DNA from: an uncultured bacterium
GTDB taxonomy: Bacteria > Krumholzibacteriota > Krumholzibacteriia > Krumholzibacteriales > Krumholzibacteriaceae
NCBI GenBank assembly: GCA_963813815.1
Contig: CAWFAD010000008.1
Location: 1 to 64,000 of the forward strand
Length of the DNA: 64,000 bases
Direction: 5' to 3'
A model generated the notes under the pieces. The model was not told the DNA's origin, did no database searches, and saw only the letters and a list, made by a program, of their open reading frames with translations. Shown in pieces: positions 28,723 through 39,493 of this stretch. A program made the translations under genes and the position numbers. The stretch's first letter is position 1. Each line of letters starts with the position of its first letter.

Positions 28723-31698
28723 ATGACGCGCACGAAACACATACGGGGAACGCCGGGATTCACGCTCGTCGAAATGGTGTTCAGCGTGCTCATCCTGGGC
28801 ATCATCTTCATAGCGCTGACCGCGGTCTTCATTCTCTTCCAGAGAAGCTCGTCGGCGACGACCAGCTACGCCGAGGCGCAGCAAAACGCGCGAATCGCCG
28901 TCGATTTCATCTCCGACATCCTCCGCCAGGCCGGATCGCAGACGGACTACTTCCGCGGCCAGCCCGCGATCGCTCACGCCGGGCCCTATCAGATCGTCAT
29001 CAACGCGGACATCGACAACGGGCAGACCATCGACGGGCTGAGCCCGCTCATCGCCGTCAACCCGACGTACAGTCCGAACACGATTCCCGCGGCGGGCACC
29101 GTGCTCTACACCCCTCTCGTATACGAATCGAACGCCGAAACGGTGGTTCTCACGATCGATTCGAGCGACGACGGCGTCGTCGACAGCTCCGACCGGGGCG
29201 ACGATCCCGAGGAATCCGGGGTCAACGTCAACCTCTTCATGCTGCGGCGAGTGATCTACGGCTACGACGGCGCGGGGCAGAATGAAGTGCGCCCGTCGAA
29301 CCTCGCCCTCGTGCGCGGCCCCAATCTCGCGACGGCGATGACCACGCCGGATCCGCTCTTCCAGTACTGGTACGACAACGACGACGATCCCGCGACCGCC
29401 GACATTCTCTGGGGCGACGCGAACGGCAACGGAGCCATCGACGCCGCCGAAGCCGGCTCGGTGGCGCCGGTATCCTCCGCGAATCTGCCCCGCATTCGAA
29501 AGGTTCGGACGACGGCCATCGCCGAATCCAACCGGTTCGACAAGCGCTACGAGGCGAATGACGGCTTTCTCGCGGTTTCCATGAACTCGGAGGTCTTCGT
29601 GCGCAACGCCACGCGCACGAGCTCGAACGTCTACGGACGGGTGTACCACGACGCCAACAGCAACGGCCAGCTCGACGACGGAGAAACCGGTCTCAACAAC
29701 GTCGAGATCACCGTCCTCGGAACGAGCCGCGAGACGTTCACCGACGCTTTCGGCAATTTCTATCTGTCCCTTCCGCCGAGCGATTACTCGATTCAGGAGA
29801 CCGATCCGGCTGGATACATTTCGACGACCTCGAATCTCGTCTCCGTGTCGCTCTCGGCCGGGCAGACCCAGGTGCTCTACTTCGGCGACCGGGCGAGCGT
29901 GCCGATCGGCGTGATTCAGGGCACCGTGTTCGATGATCTGGATCAGAACGGCTCGCAGAGCGTGGATGAGCCCGGCATCCCGGGCGTTCTCATCTCTCTC
30001 GACAACGGCACGGAAGCCTTTTCGAACACCAACGGCTACTACTCGTTCATCGCGCAGCAGGGAATCTATACGGTCATCGAAACGGATCCCACCGGCTACA
30101 GCTCGACGACGCCCAACTCGGCGCCGGCGAGGATCGATAACGAGGGAGATACCGTCACCGTCAACTTCGGAGATTGCGCGGGCCTCATCTCGGGAACGCT
30201 CCAGGGGTACGTCTTCGACGACGCAAACAACAACGGGATATTCGAATCCGGCGAGGATGGTCTCGGGAGCGTCACGGTCCGCGTCTCGACCGGCGACAGC
30301 ACGGTGACGAACGACCAGGGCTATTTCAGATTCAACCTGTCCCCGGGAGTGTACTCCCTCACGGAGACGGATCCCCTCGGGTACACCTCGACGACGCCGA
30401 ACACGTGCCTCGACATTCCGATCACCGTCGACACCACCGTCACCCGCATCTTCGGCGACAAGCTCGAAGTGAGCACCAACTTCGTCGAGATTCACATCTC
30501 GAACACCGACCGTGTGCTGTCCGTGTCCATAGCGGATCTCAAAGAGGATTCGTACGGCGACAACGATATCATCCTTGGAACGGCGCTCGTGCCCGGCATC
30601 GGAAACCTGCTCGTCTTCTTCAACAAATGGACGAAAATAACGACGCCGCTCACGAAGCTCTTCATGCCCAATCCGGACTACCGCCGCAACGCGGGAAAGA
30701 ACATCAACGCTTCGAACACGGGAGACCTCAACGGCAACAATGTGCCCGATGTGTTCACGGGACTCGAAAGCGTCACGACCCCCAATATCCAGGCATGGCT
30801 CACGGCAAGCGGCGGATTGCTGGGCAACTCTCCCTTCGCAACATACTTTTCGTCCGGCTCGAGCGTCATCATGGATAGCAAGCTCGTGAGACTCGACGGC
30901 GACAGCAACCTCGACCTCATCGTCGGTCTGAAATCGTCCCTCGGCACCTTCAGCGGCGGCTTTCAGATCTTTATGGGAGTCGGAACCGGCGCGTTCACGT
31001 CGTACCAGTACGTCACGACGGCGGGCGCCGACGACGATATCAGCCTCGGCGAGATATGGGCCATCGAGTCGGCGGACTTCGACGGCGACGGCGATCAGGA
31101 TATCGTGATCGGATCGCACACAAACACATACCTGGGATACCTCGACGTCTACCTCAACGACGGCTCCGGCACCTTCGCATGGCACTCGCGGTACAGCGTT
31201 CCGTACGCGGTGAACGACATCAAGGCCGTCGACATGATGGAGGACGACGCGGGAGACGTGGACATCGTCGCGGCCGTATCCTCCGGAGCGCTAACCGGGC
31301 AGGTCATGCTGTGGCTCAACGACTCTTGTCTTTTCGGGCAGGCCGACACGACGGGATACAGTTTCGGCCACGACGAAACGCCCCACTTGCCGAGCGATTA
31401 CGTCGACGCGCAGGGGGCGGCTCTCTGTCTGGCGATTCTGAATTTCAACAACGACGGCTTTCCGGACATCGCTTTCGGAACGAGAGCCACGCTCCTCTAT
31501 CAAGGCAACCTCTACGTGCTGCCTTCGTACGGCCTCCTGCCGAACAACGGCGAGAAGATCAATGCGGCCCTTATGGGCGAAATCATCACGATGGCCGTGA
31601 CCGATCTGAACAAGGACAACAGCATCGACATCGTTCTCGGAACGCGCAACTCGGCCACGGAGGGAAAGCTCATCGCCTATTTCACGGGGACCCTCTAG
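28723..31698 (+). CDS. Giant PilW-like pilin fused to three SdrD-B-like repeats and an FG-GAP repeat domain
   Basis: PG|FTLVEMV, AQQNARIAVDFISDILRQAG; three G-x-V-F/Y-x-D-x-N/D-x-N-G..ETDP.GY.STT repeats; ADFDGDGDQDIVIG-type repeats. Confidence 0.85.
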   Translation: MTRTKHIRGTPGFTLVEMVFSVLILGIIFIALTAVFILFQRSSSATTSYAEAQQNARIAVDFISDILRQAGSQTDYFRGQPAIAHAGPYQIVINADIDNGQTIDGLSPLIAVNPTYSPNTIPAAGTVLYTPLVYESNAETVVLTIDSSDDGVVDSSDRGDDPEESGVNVNLFMLRRVIYGYDGAGQNEVRPSNLALVRGPNLATAMTTPDPLFQYWYDNDDDPATADILWGDANGNGAIDAAEAGSVAPVSSANLPRIRKVRTTAIAESNRFDKRYEANDGFLAVSMNSEVFVRNATRTSSNVYGRVYHDANSNGQLDDGETGLNNVEITVLGTSRETFTDAFGNFYLSLPPSDYSIQETDPAGYISTTSNLVSVSLSAGQTQVLYFGDRASVPIGVIQGTVFDDLDQNGSQSVDEPGIPGVLISLDNGTEAFSNTNGYYSFIAQQGIYTVIETDPTGYSSTTPNSAPARIDNEGDTVTVNFGDCAGLISGTLQGYVFDDANNNGIFESGEDGLGSVTVRVSTGDSTVTNDQGYFRFNLSPGVYSLTETDPLGYTSTTPNTCLDIPITVDTTVTRIFGDKLEVSTNFVEIHISNTDRVLSVSIADLKEDSYGDNDIILGTALVPGIGNLLVFFNKWTKITTPLTKLFMPNPDYRRNAGKNINASNTGDLNGNNVPDVFTGLESVTTPNIQAWLTASGGLLGNSPFATYFSSGSSVIMDSKLVRLDGDSNLDLIVGLKSSLGTFSGGFQIFMGVGTGAFTSYQYVTTAGADDDISLGEIWAIESADFDGDGDQDIVIGSHTNTYLGYLDVYLNDGSGTFAWHSRYSVPYAVNDIKAVDMMEDDAGDVDIVAAVSSGALTGQVMLWLNDSCLFGQADTTGYSFGHDETPHLPSDYVDAQGAALCLAILNFNNDGFPDIAFGTRATLLYQGNLYVLPSYGLLPNNGEKINAALMGEIITMAVTDLNKDNSIDIVLGTRNSATEGKLIAYFTGTL

Positions 31699-31733
31699 GC
31701 CGGCGGCGGAATCCGGAAGGGACGGTATATACA

Positions 31734-32999
31734 ATGAGAACGTTGGATATCAGAGCGATTCGCGGCGAAAGCGGCAACGCGCTCGTCGTCACGCTCATCA
31801 TCCTCTTTTCGATATCGGTGATTGCCGGGACGCTGGCCATGATATCCTCCCTCGATCTCAAGATCGCGGGAAACCAGAGGGCCACGACCCGGGCTCTCCC
31901 CGTGGCCGAGGCGGGGCTCAACGAGGCGATTCACCGCTTGTCGCTTCCGAACCCGACGGTCTCGACGGTAAGCGGTTGGACGGGAAACGTCGCCGTCAGC
32001 GACAGCCTTCCTTACAATCCGCTCTGGACGGCCCGCATCTATCTGACTGCTCCCGGCTCCGCTCCCTCTTCGGGCGACCCGAACGTCTGCGAGACGGGAA
32101 CGCTGCAGGATCCGAATCAGCCGTATCTCGAGTACAGCGCGGCGGACGGCACGGATGGCGTGCTCACCGTTATGCATAAATGGCGCGACGTCGACGGCGA
32201 CAACGTCAGGGACGCGAACGAGGTCGTCCGATGGGATCCGCTGCAGATGCCGCCGGAAAACCTGACCTGGGGATTCCCCGTCGAGGTCGTCACGGTGAGG
32301 GGATACCTCGGAGACGCCCAGCGGACCATCGAAGCGGAGGTCACGAAGCGCACGATCATAGCCCGCACCCTTGGCGCGGTCTTCTGCAACAATCCGCTCT
32401 GGCTCACGGGAAACGTCGACTTCTGCGGCTACAACCACAGCATCACGACGCCGGCCGGCCTCGTCCCGCCGGCGTGCTACCCATACCACCTCGCCTCGGG
32501 CCACTTGCCCGGCGGGGCGACGACGGGCGACGACATTCACATACAGGGAGGCGTGAACGTGGTCGGCAGCCCAGCCCCCACCAACACCTCCGCGTCGAAT
32601 CCGTGGTACTCGCTCGCCGAGGTGCTCGGCCTCGACCAGAGCGAGGTCGACGCCATACTCGCGGACGCGGATAACACCTCGCTCGTGAACCCGCTGAACG
32701 GCATCACCTATATCAACGGCGATCTGAACGTCACCTCCAACCTGACCGGAGAGGGCCTGCTCTATGTGACGGGAGCCCTCAAGGGAGCGGGCGCCTTCGC
32801 GTACAGAGGATTGGTTTACGTCGAGGGCGATTTCATGTTGAGCGGAGATCCGTGGATACTCGGCAGCCTGGTCGTGAACGGCACGGCCAACTTCGATTTC
32901 AACTCCGGAAACGCGGCCGTGCTCTACAGCAAGGACGCGCTCTCGACCTATCTCTCCCGGCCCATGCCGTGCATCGTTCTCTCGTGGAGCGAAAAGTAG
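31734..32999 (+). CDS. PilX-like minor pilin
   Basis: GESG|NALVVTL (no Glu5), ALPVAEAGLNEAI, ends VLSWSEK. Confidence 0.82.
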   Translation: MRTLDIRAIRGESGNALVVTLIILFSISVIAGTLAMISSLDLKIAGNQRATTRALPVAEAGLNEAIHRLSLPNPTVSTVSGWTGNVAVSDSLPYNPLWTARIYLTAPGSAPSSGDPNVCETGTLQDPNQPYLEYSAADGTDGVLTVMHKWRDVDGDNVRDANEVVRWDPLQMPPENLTWGFPVEVVTVRGYLGDAQRTIEAEVTKRTIIARTLGAVFCNNPLWLTGNVDFCGYNHSITTPAGLVPPACYPYHLASGHLPGGATTGDDIHIQGGVNVVGSPAPTNTSASNPWYSLAEVLGLDQSEVDAILADADNTSLVNPLNGITYINGDLNVTSNLTGEGLLYVTGALKGAGAFAYRGLVYVEGDFMLSGDPWILGSLVVNGTANFDFNSGNAAVLYSKDALSTYLSRPMPCIVLSWSEK

Positions 33000-33036
33000 C
33001 GGCGAGCAACCCCGCGGCGATAGACGAATGCGAGCG

Positions 33037-33070
33037 CGAGCCCGGCCCCGCGAGGGGCCGGGCTCGTTTT
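33037..33070 (+). terminator. Rho-independent terminator
   Basis: CGAGCCCGGCCCC-GCGA-GGGGCCGGGCTCG followed by TTTT, between convergent genes. Confidence 0.8.
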
Positions 33071-33077
33071 CCATCTA

Positions 33078-35804
33078 CTACTTCATTCCGACGAGCTCCA
33101 TCTTCGCCGTGCCGCCTCCGGAGGAGGCCGGCAGGACGTAATCCGCGCGAACCATCACGCGGGGCTCTTTCGCGCTCATGAACGCGGTCGTCGCGCCTTC
33201 GTCGCCGACCGACACGAGCTCGACCCTGAAGCATTCGAACGTTCCGGCCGGCACGGTGACGCTTTCGATCCCGGGCACCGAGAGCTTCATCGCGCGCGAG
33301 CTCGCCATCTGAAAATCGAACACGCGGATCGCCGCCGCGTACCCGGGCGCGAGCGGGAGCGCCCCGAGAAGCGTCTCGAGCGACGATCCGTCGCCGAAAA
33401 CGGGCGCCGCGAGCTCGGCGTTGATGGGCATCTCGTTCCCGCCGAATTTCAGGGCTCCCTTGACGGACGACTCGGCGAAGTCGAGCCGCACCGACGCGGG
33501 TCCCTGCACGCCGACCCAGCTGATCGGCGCGAGCGTTCGGAGATCCAGGTCGAAGGTGTCGACCGCGGAGCCCTGGGACGATTTCTGCTCGGAGGTGACG
33601 CGCCAGATCTCGACGCCGCCGGAAACGGCCTTCGCGAGGCCGCGGGCGAGCTCGAACGCGATGCCGTTTCCTCCGACCTTCGCCTCGCCCCGGTACGAGA
33701 GCGACACGGGCCGGAGAAGCGAGCCGTCGCAGCGGGGCAGCGGCGCGGTCGTCGCGTCATCGGCGCCGGCGGGAGAGGCGACGAGCTTCACCGTCGCGAC
33801 GTCGACCGTGATGCCGTCGAGCTTTTGCCTGATATTATCGGGCATATCCTCCTGAAGGCGTCCGCCGATGTGCTTCGCGAGGAAGCGCTCCGCCGCGGCG
33901 TAAAAGGCGATGCGGTTCTCGGCGCCACGGAAGCCGTGTCCCTCGTCGGGCGCCACGATGTACTCGACGTGCCGCCCGAGGTCGCGGAGCTTCACGACGA
34001 TCTGGTCGGATTCCGCCTTCTTCACGCGCGGGTCGTTCGCGCCCTGCACGACGAGAAGCGGCGCCACGATCCTGTCGGCCGAGTAGAGGGGCGACTGGCG
34101 CTTGAGCCGCTCGGCGTCCTCCGGCTTATTGGGATCGCCGACGTGCTCGTTGAAGAGGTTGCGCATCACTTCCCAGTACGGAGGAATGGAGCTGAGGAGC
34201 GTGAGCAGACTCGAGGGGCCGACGTACGATATGCCGGCCGCGTAGAGATCCGGCGTGAAGGCGAGTCCCGCGAGCGTCGCGTAGCCGCCGTAGGATCCGC
34301 CGTAGATCACGACCTGCTTCGGATCGGCGATGCCCTCCTCGATGAGGTAGGCCCTGCCGTCGGTGAGGTCGTTCTGCATCGCGTCTCCCCACTGCTTCTT
34401 CCCCGCGTTGAGAAACGCCTTGCCGTAGCCCGTGGAGGCCCGGAAGTTCGGCTGGAACACGGCGTAGCCGCGGTTCGCGAAGAACTGCGCCTCGGAATCG
34501 TACCCCCACTGATCGCGGAACCAGGGGCCGCCGTGGGGCAGGATGATGACGGGAAGGTTCTTCGCCTTCACGCCCTTGGGGACGGTGAGATAGGCGTGAA
34601 TCTTGAGACCGTCGCGGGCCGTGTAGACGACCGGCTTCATGGGAGCGAGATCCTTCACCGGCAGCTTCGGGCGGGGACGGTAGAGAAAGGTGACGGCGCC
34701 CGACTCGACGTCCCAGAGATACGTCGCGCCCGGATCGACGTCGCTCGTCACGCCCACGATCCAGTACCGCTCGTCCGCCGTCCGGGAGCCGACGTAGAGA
34801 TCCCCGCCGGGGACTTTCTTCCGCAGGTTCCGGTAGCGTTTCTCCCAGACCTTGTCCTTGAAATAGATCCTGAGACGATCTCCGAGATAGGAGGTCGCGA
34901 CGATCTCGTCGGTGACCTCGGAAAACACCACGCCGCCGAGATCGACCTCGTTCTCGGGATCCGACTCAACGGGCTCCAACGCGCCCGTCGAGGGATCGAA
35001 CAGCAGGAGCCGGGAGAGATCCACGTCGGGACCCATGTTGGAGTCGAGGTAGATGCGCCTTCCGTCCTTGTGAAACTCGAGCGGCCCGATGTTCTCTTCT
35101 CCGGTGCAGGCGAGCACGCTCATCATCGTGTCGGCGTCGACGCGGAATATCTCCGTGCCGCCGTCTTTCGTCTCCTTCGTCGCGAGGCGGAGAGCTCCGT
35201 CCCGGTCGAATACCCATCCCGACATTCCCTGCTCGTTCACGCGGACGAGCTCCCGCTCGCCGGTCGCGATATCGAGCCGGTAGACGTCATGGTAGCGTTC
35301 GTCGCGGTCGTTGAGCCCGACGTACATGACGCCGGGGCTCTTCCGCGGGAGCGAGTAGATCTGCGCGGCGACCTTCGGAACGGGCGTGAGATCCCGGGCC
35401 GGCGGAACTCCGAGATCGCCCTCGGGCTTCGCCGCGGGATCGACCGCGTACACGTGCCAGTTCTCGTCGCCGCCCTTGTCCTGAACGTAGAGGATGAACT
35501 TCGAGTCCCTGCTCCAGAAATACCCGGTGACCGGCCGGGTCGTATCGGCGGTCACCGGACGCGCCGCTTCGAAGGGCTCTCCGATCCCCTTGACCCATAT
35601 GTTGAGAATGTCGCGGTACGGTTTGAGGAACGAGATGCGCGCTCCGTCGGGGGAGATTTGCGCCCCCGCGAACTCGGGATTCCCGAAGATCACCTCGCGG
35701 TCGATGATCGGGGGAAGCTTCGAGAGATACGCCTTGTCGATGGCCGACGACGCGCCGGTCGCGAGAAACGCGACGAGCGCGAGCGTCGAAAGAATGCGCC
35801 TCAT
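33078..35804 (-). CDS. S9-family secreted peptidase with an extra C-terminal beta-rich (DUF3108-like) domain
   Basis: PHGGPW, GGSYGG nucleophile, [14 protein letters not shown]; tail [10 protein letters not shown]. Confidence 0.9.
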   Translation of the reverse strand: MRRILSTLALVAFLATGASSAIDKAYLSKLPPIIDREVIFGNPEFAGAQISPDGARISFLKPYRDILNIWVKGIGEPFEAARPVTADTTRPVTGYFWSRDSKFILYVQDKGGDENWHVYAVDPAAKPEGDLGVPPARDLTPVPKVAAQIYSLPRKSPGVMYVGLNDRDERYHDVYRLDIATGERELVRVNEQGMSGWVFDRDGALRLATKETKDGGTEIFRVDADTMMSVLACTGEENIGPLEFHKDGRRIYLDSNMGPDVDLSRLLLFDPSTGALEPVESDPENEVDLGGVVFSEVTDEIVATSYLGDRLRIYFKDKVWEKRYRNLRKKVPGGDLYVGSRTADERYWIVGVTSDVDPGATYLWDVESGAVTFLYRPRPKLPVKDLAPMKPVVYTARDGLKIHAYLTVPKGVKAKNLPVIILPHGGPWFRDQWGYDSEAQFFANRGYAVFQPNFRASTGYGKAFLNAGKKQWGDAMQNDLTDGRAYLIEEGIADPKQVVIYGGSYGGYATLAGLAFTPDLYAAGISYVGPSSLLTLLSSIPPYWEVMRNLFNEHVGDPNKPEDAERLKRQSPLYSADRIVAPLLVVQGANDPRVKKAESDQIVVKLRDLGRHVEYIVAPDEGHGFRGAENRIAFYAAAERFLAKHIGGRLQEDMPDNIRQKLDGITVDVATVKLVASPAGADDATTAPLPRCDGSLLRPVSLSYRGEAKVGGNGIAFELARGLAKAVSGGVEIWRVTSEQKSSQGSAVDTFDLDLRTLAPISWVGVQGPASVRLDFAESSVKGALKFGGNEMPINAELAAPVFGDGSSLETLLGALPLAPGYAAAIRVFDFQMASSRAMKLSVPGIESVTVPAGTFECFRVELVSVGDEGATTAFMSAKEPRVMVRADYVLPASSGGGTAKMELVGMK

Positions 35805-35966
35805 GGGGACCTCCTCCTTTTGAATAACGCGAATTTTGATTCTAGTACCGCGCCGAATTCGAGGCAAGCCAAAGAATAACGAGCGGCGTCGGGCCTCCCC
35901 CGGGAGAGCGGCGAGGCGGATAATTGAAGGTTGCGCCCGGCGCGTAACCTGTTATATCGTCGGAGC

Positions 35967-37493
35967 ATGAAACATAAATACCTCTACCTCGCAATCTCGG
36001 TGAGCGGGGCCTCCGTACTCGCCATCGAGATTCTCGGCACGAGAATTCTCGGTCCCTTTTACGGAGTGAGTCTCTTCCTCTGGTCGGCGCTCATCACGGT
36101 GACGCTCGCGGCGCTCGCGGCCGGATACGCCCTCGGAGGCCGATGGGCGGACCGCGGAGCGACGATGGCGAGGCTGTGCATCTTGCTCGCCGTCGCCGGC
36201 GTCTGGCTCATCGCCGTCCCGTGGATCAGGGATCCCCTGCTTCACGCAACGGAGCGGGCGGGTCTTCGCTCGGCCGTTCTTCTCTCGGCGCTCGTTCTCT
36301 TTTTTCCGCCGCTCTTGCTGCTCGGAATGGTGACCCCATACGCCGTGAAGCTCCGCACGGCGAGCCTGAGCGAGGTCGGCCGCTCGGCAGGCAACCTCTA
36401 CGCGATCTCGACCCTGGCGAGCGTCGCGGCCGCGCTCGCGACGGGGTTCTTTCTCATCCCGCATTTCGGCGTCCGGCGTCTCACGCTCGCCGTCGGGGCG
36501 ATTCTCGTGGCGACGGCGCTTCCCGGGCTCGTCGGCCGCCGCTCCTCGGCGGCGGCGCGTTCCGCCGCCGCTCTCGTGCTCGTCGCGGCGGCGCTCTTCG
36601 CAGCTCGACTCGACGAAAACGCGGCCGCCCCCGAGGAGGGCCTCGTCTTCAAGACCCAAAGCGTCTACGGCGAGATCCGCGTCGTCGACGATCAGGAGAT
36701 CCGCTACCTCCTCATCGACGGCGGCATTCACACGGCGGTCGACACGTCGTTCTATTTCAACACGATCATGCAATACGCGAACGTCGTCGACCTCGCGAGA
36801 CTCTACTTCGACCGGCCGGGAAAGCTCCTCCTCGTGGGGCTCGGCGGAGGCTCGATCGCGAGGAGCTACACGCGCTCGGGATGGACGGTCGACGCGGTCG
36901 AGATCGATCCGGTCGTCGTCCGGACCGCGACGGACTATTTCGACCTTCGCCCGTCGCACGCGCGCATCTTTACGATGGACGGCCGGCGCTTTCTTTCGTC
37001 CCGCGCCGAGACCTATGAAGTGATCGTGATGGACGCATACGGATCGAGCTCCATCCCCTTTCACCTCGTGACGAAGGAGGCCTTCGCCGTCGCCGCCGGG
37101 CGGCTCGCCGACGACGGCGTGATGGTTCTCAACGTCCAGTCGGTGGGATGGAAGAGCGGGCTCGTCCGCTCCCTCGCGGCGACCCTCGAGACGGCGTTTC
37201 CGAACGTCGTCGTTATGCCCGTCATAGAGCCGCCGAACAAGGTCGGGAACGTGCTGCTATTCGCCTCGCGTCGATCCCTCGATCTCGCCGAGGCTCCTCC
37301 CGTGCCGATCGATCGCTTCGACGCCGATTACGACCGCCGGCACGCCTGGGACAACCGCTTCACACCCGTGACGACGGGGGTCCCCATTCTCACCGACGAC
37401 CGCAACCACGTCGACATCTGGAGCGAGGCCGTCAACATCGCCGAGCGCGACGAGCTGCACTCTCGTTTTGTGAAGCGGGATGTGAGCTGGTAG
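35967..37493 (+). CDS. Fused membrane/spermidine synthase-like SAM-dependent protein
   Basis: EILGTRILGPFYGVS TM region; LVGLGGG, VEIDP, DGRRF, MDAY, ILTDD. Confidence 0.88.
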   Translation: MKHKYLYLAISVSGASVLAIEILGTRILGPFYGVSLFLWSALITVTLAALAAGYALGGRWADRGATMARLCILLAVAGVWLIAVPWIRDPLLHATERAGLRSAVLLSALVLFFPPLLLLGMVTPYAVKLRTASLSEVGRSAGNLYAISTLASVAAALATGFFLIPHFGVRRLTLAVGAILVATALPGLVGRRSSAAARSAAALVLVAAALFAARLDENAAAPEEGLVFKTQSVYGEIRVVDDQEIRYLLIDGGIHTAVDTSFYFNTIMQYANVVDLARLYFDRPGKLLLVGLGGGSIARSYTRSGWTVDAVEIDPVVVRTATDYFDLRPSHARIFTMDGRRFLSSRAETYEVIVMDAYGSSSIPFHLVTKEAFAVAAGRLADDGVMVLNVQSVGWKSGLVRSLAATLETAFPNVVVMPVIEPPNKVGNVLLFASRRSLDLAEAPPVPIDRFDADYDRRHAWDNRFTPVTTGVPILTDDRNHVDIWSEAVNIAERDELHSRFVKRDVSW

Positions 37494-37497
37494 GCGG

Positions 37498-37722
37498 TCA
37501 GTCCCGGTCCAACGCGCGGACTTCCCCTATTTCCTCAATCCGTACGCGATGCCCTTCGAGCTCGCCGGGCACGAGCTTCTCGTGCTGGCCGGTTTTCTTC
37601 TCGACGAAAACGAGGATGCAGGGCGTGCCGTTCTCGAGCGCGCCGACGCCGACGCCGACGACGCCGGGGATCGCCATGAGGCGATCGACGTGATCGTTCA
37701 TGACGGCCGAAATATCCCTCAT
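37498..37722 (-). CDS. 74-aa protein homologous to the N-terminal domain of the adjacent protease
   Basis: HVDRLMAIPGVVGVGVG..GTPCILVFV..VPGELEG aligns with HTPALMEDPEVVGTGTG..GKPAVMVFL..VPKTLDG; RBS GGAGG. Confidence 0.75.
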   Translation of the reverse strand: MRDISAVMNDHVDRLMAIPGVVGVGVGALENGTPCILVFVEKKTGQHEKLVPGELEGHRVRIEEIGEVRALDRD

Positions 37723-37744
37723 CGATTCGCCTCCCGAAGAAGAC

Positions 37745-37776
37745 GACGCCCGCCCCGGAGAACCGGGGCGGGCGTC
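37745..37776. terminator. Strong hairpin between the protease and the small ORF
   Basis: GACGCCCGCCCCGG-AGAA-CCGGGGCGGGCGTC, 14-bp stem, weak U-tract. Confidence 0.5.
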
Positions 37777-37822
37777 TTACGCTGGCATCGAGCCTTGGAA
37801 TCCGTGAGATTCCAGCTCTCGA

Positions 37823-38923
37823 TTAGATACCGACCATCGTCGCCCCGTGATAGCTGAGCACGGGAGCGATCGGATTGGCGATGGCGCTCGAAGTGCTGCC
37901 CGCGAAGAGGAGTCCCACCGCGCGGGGATTCGTCGCGACATCCTCGACCAGCAGCGAGCCCGAGTCGCCGCCAGCGAGGAACGCGCTGCGTTTCTGGTAC
38001 ACCATAACCTGGCCGGTGTAGCTCCGGGTGAACGCGACGCCGTTGCACTCGTCCTCGTAGCCTACGTTGACCGCCACGTTGATCGCGCTCACGTAGCTCC
38101 GGGTGAGACCCGACGTGCGTCCGCTCTTCTTGACGAGGAGCCCGACGTAAGCCTCGAGCGTCGCCGACGAGAGCACGCCGATCTCATAGATCGAGCCGTC
38201 GGTCCGCACCATGCCGGGGATGACCTGGGCAATGGCGCAGTCGACGTTGTGGCTCGTCGGATAGTAGCTCGAAAGGCTCGAGAGATTCGCCACGAAATCG
38301 GCCGAGAGCTTCTGGCAGCTCACATCGATGAGACCCGGCTGGTTGATGGGGTCGCCGAGGACCGCCACGTCCGGATCCCCCGAGCTCGCCGCGACGTCGC
38401 CGCAGAACACGTGCGAGTTGCTGAGGATGTACTGGACTCCGCCCTTCTGAACGAGGGCGCCGAGCGTGCCGCTGCAGCAGTAGTTGTTCGCGAGGTCGTT
38501 GGCGTTGCCGCCGGAGACCCCGAGCTCGATCGGACGCGGCATGCGGGCGGTGTGCGGCGTGGTCGTCGTCTTGAACGCTTTGATCTCGCCCGTGACGAAG
38601 GGCACGACCGGCACGCCGTCGAGCGTCTTGGGAACTCTCACTTTTCCGGCTTCGGATTTGAGGAACACCATGACGGCCGGCTTTCCATCAGCCGTGAGAC
38701 CGGTGCCCGTCCCAACGACTTCAGGATCCTCCATAAGGGCCGGCGTATGCTTGTTCTGGACCGCCATGACCGCGAGGGCCTCGGGACTCGCCGCCGAGAG
38801 AGTGACTCCCGTCTGATCCGACACTGGAGAAGCTGGTGTCTCCTCCTTGTCGGAGCAGCCGACTAGGCCCACGAAGGCCACGACAGCGATGGCGAGAATC
38901 GCAAGCCGTGAATAACGCTTCAT
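37823..38923 (-). CDS. Trypsin-like (Nal1-like) serine protease lipoprotein
   Basis: Lipobox LVGC; SGTLGALV, LSNSHV (His), VDCA (Asp), KSGRTSG, GDSGS (Ser). Confidence 0.85.
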   Translation of the reverse strand: MKRYSRLAILAIAVVAFVGLVGCSDKEETPASPVSDQTGVTLSAASPEALAVMAVQNKHTPALMEDPEVVGTGTGLTADGKPAVMVFLKSEAGKVRVPKTLDGVPVVPFVTGEIKAFKTTTTPHTARMPRPIELGVSGGNANDLANNYCCSGTLGALVQKGGVQYILSNSHVFCGDVAASSGDPDVAVLGDPINQPGLIDVSCQKLSADFVANLSSLSSYYPTSHNVDCAIAQVIPGMVRTDGSIYEIGVLSSATLEAYVGLLVKKSGRTSGLTRSYVSAINVAVNVGYEDECNGVAFTRSYTGQVMVYQKRSAFLAGGDSGSLLVEDVATNPRAVGLLFAGSTSSAIANPIAPVLSYHGATMVGI

Positions 38924-39097
38924 GGAAACCTCCTGTGCTGAAGGGGATGAAATGGATTTATAAAGTAGATTGTCCTCCCCGCGGTTTGCGGAGTCAATAG
39001 CATTTTTTGGCCGTTCCGCCGGGGCCCGCCGGCGCGATAACCTTTGCAAAACGCCGAAATCGGGGTATATTATCTATGGTCTCACCGAGGCCTCTGT

Positions 39098-39455
39098 GGG
39101 GGCGAATGGATTCGACGGGGATGGAAGAGGCAAGGGGAGCGTGCCGAGGCGCCATCAACCTCGTAAATCAGGTGGCACAACACAACTGCCGACAACCAGT
39201 TGGCACTGGCTGCCTAGTACATAGGCAACCCGTCCGCTCCGTCTGCGCAGGCAGGGGCGGAACCCGGGCGTCGATTACTGCCGGCTAGCGTGAATCTTTG
39301 CTCAGGAGATTCACGCGAAACAAACATGAGCTAGTCTCTCGGATCTTCTGCCTGTCGAGGCTCCCCGGGACGAAACAAACTCGATAGGACACGCACGTAG
39401 CAGCCCCTCGCGGAAACATCTTCGGACGCGGGTTCGATTCCCGCCGCCTCCACCA
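39098..39455 (+). ncRNA. ssrA: tmRNA; tag peptide (A)ADNQLALAA* at 39188-39217
   Basis: 5' GGGGGCG..GGATTCGAC pairs with 3' CGCCTCC-ACCA including the G3.U pair; T-arm GGACGCGGGTTCGATTCCCGC; tag ends LAA-stop. Confidence 0.97.
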
Positions 39456-39493
39456 TTATCAAGTTGGCACGCCACGCGCGGCGCCTCGGAAAT

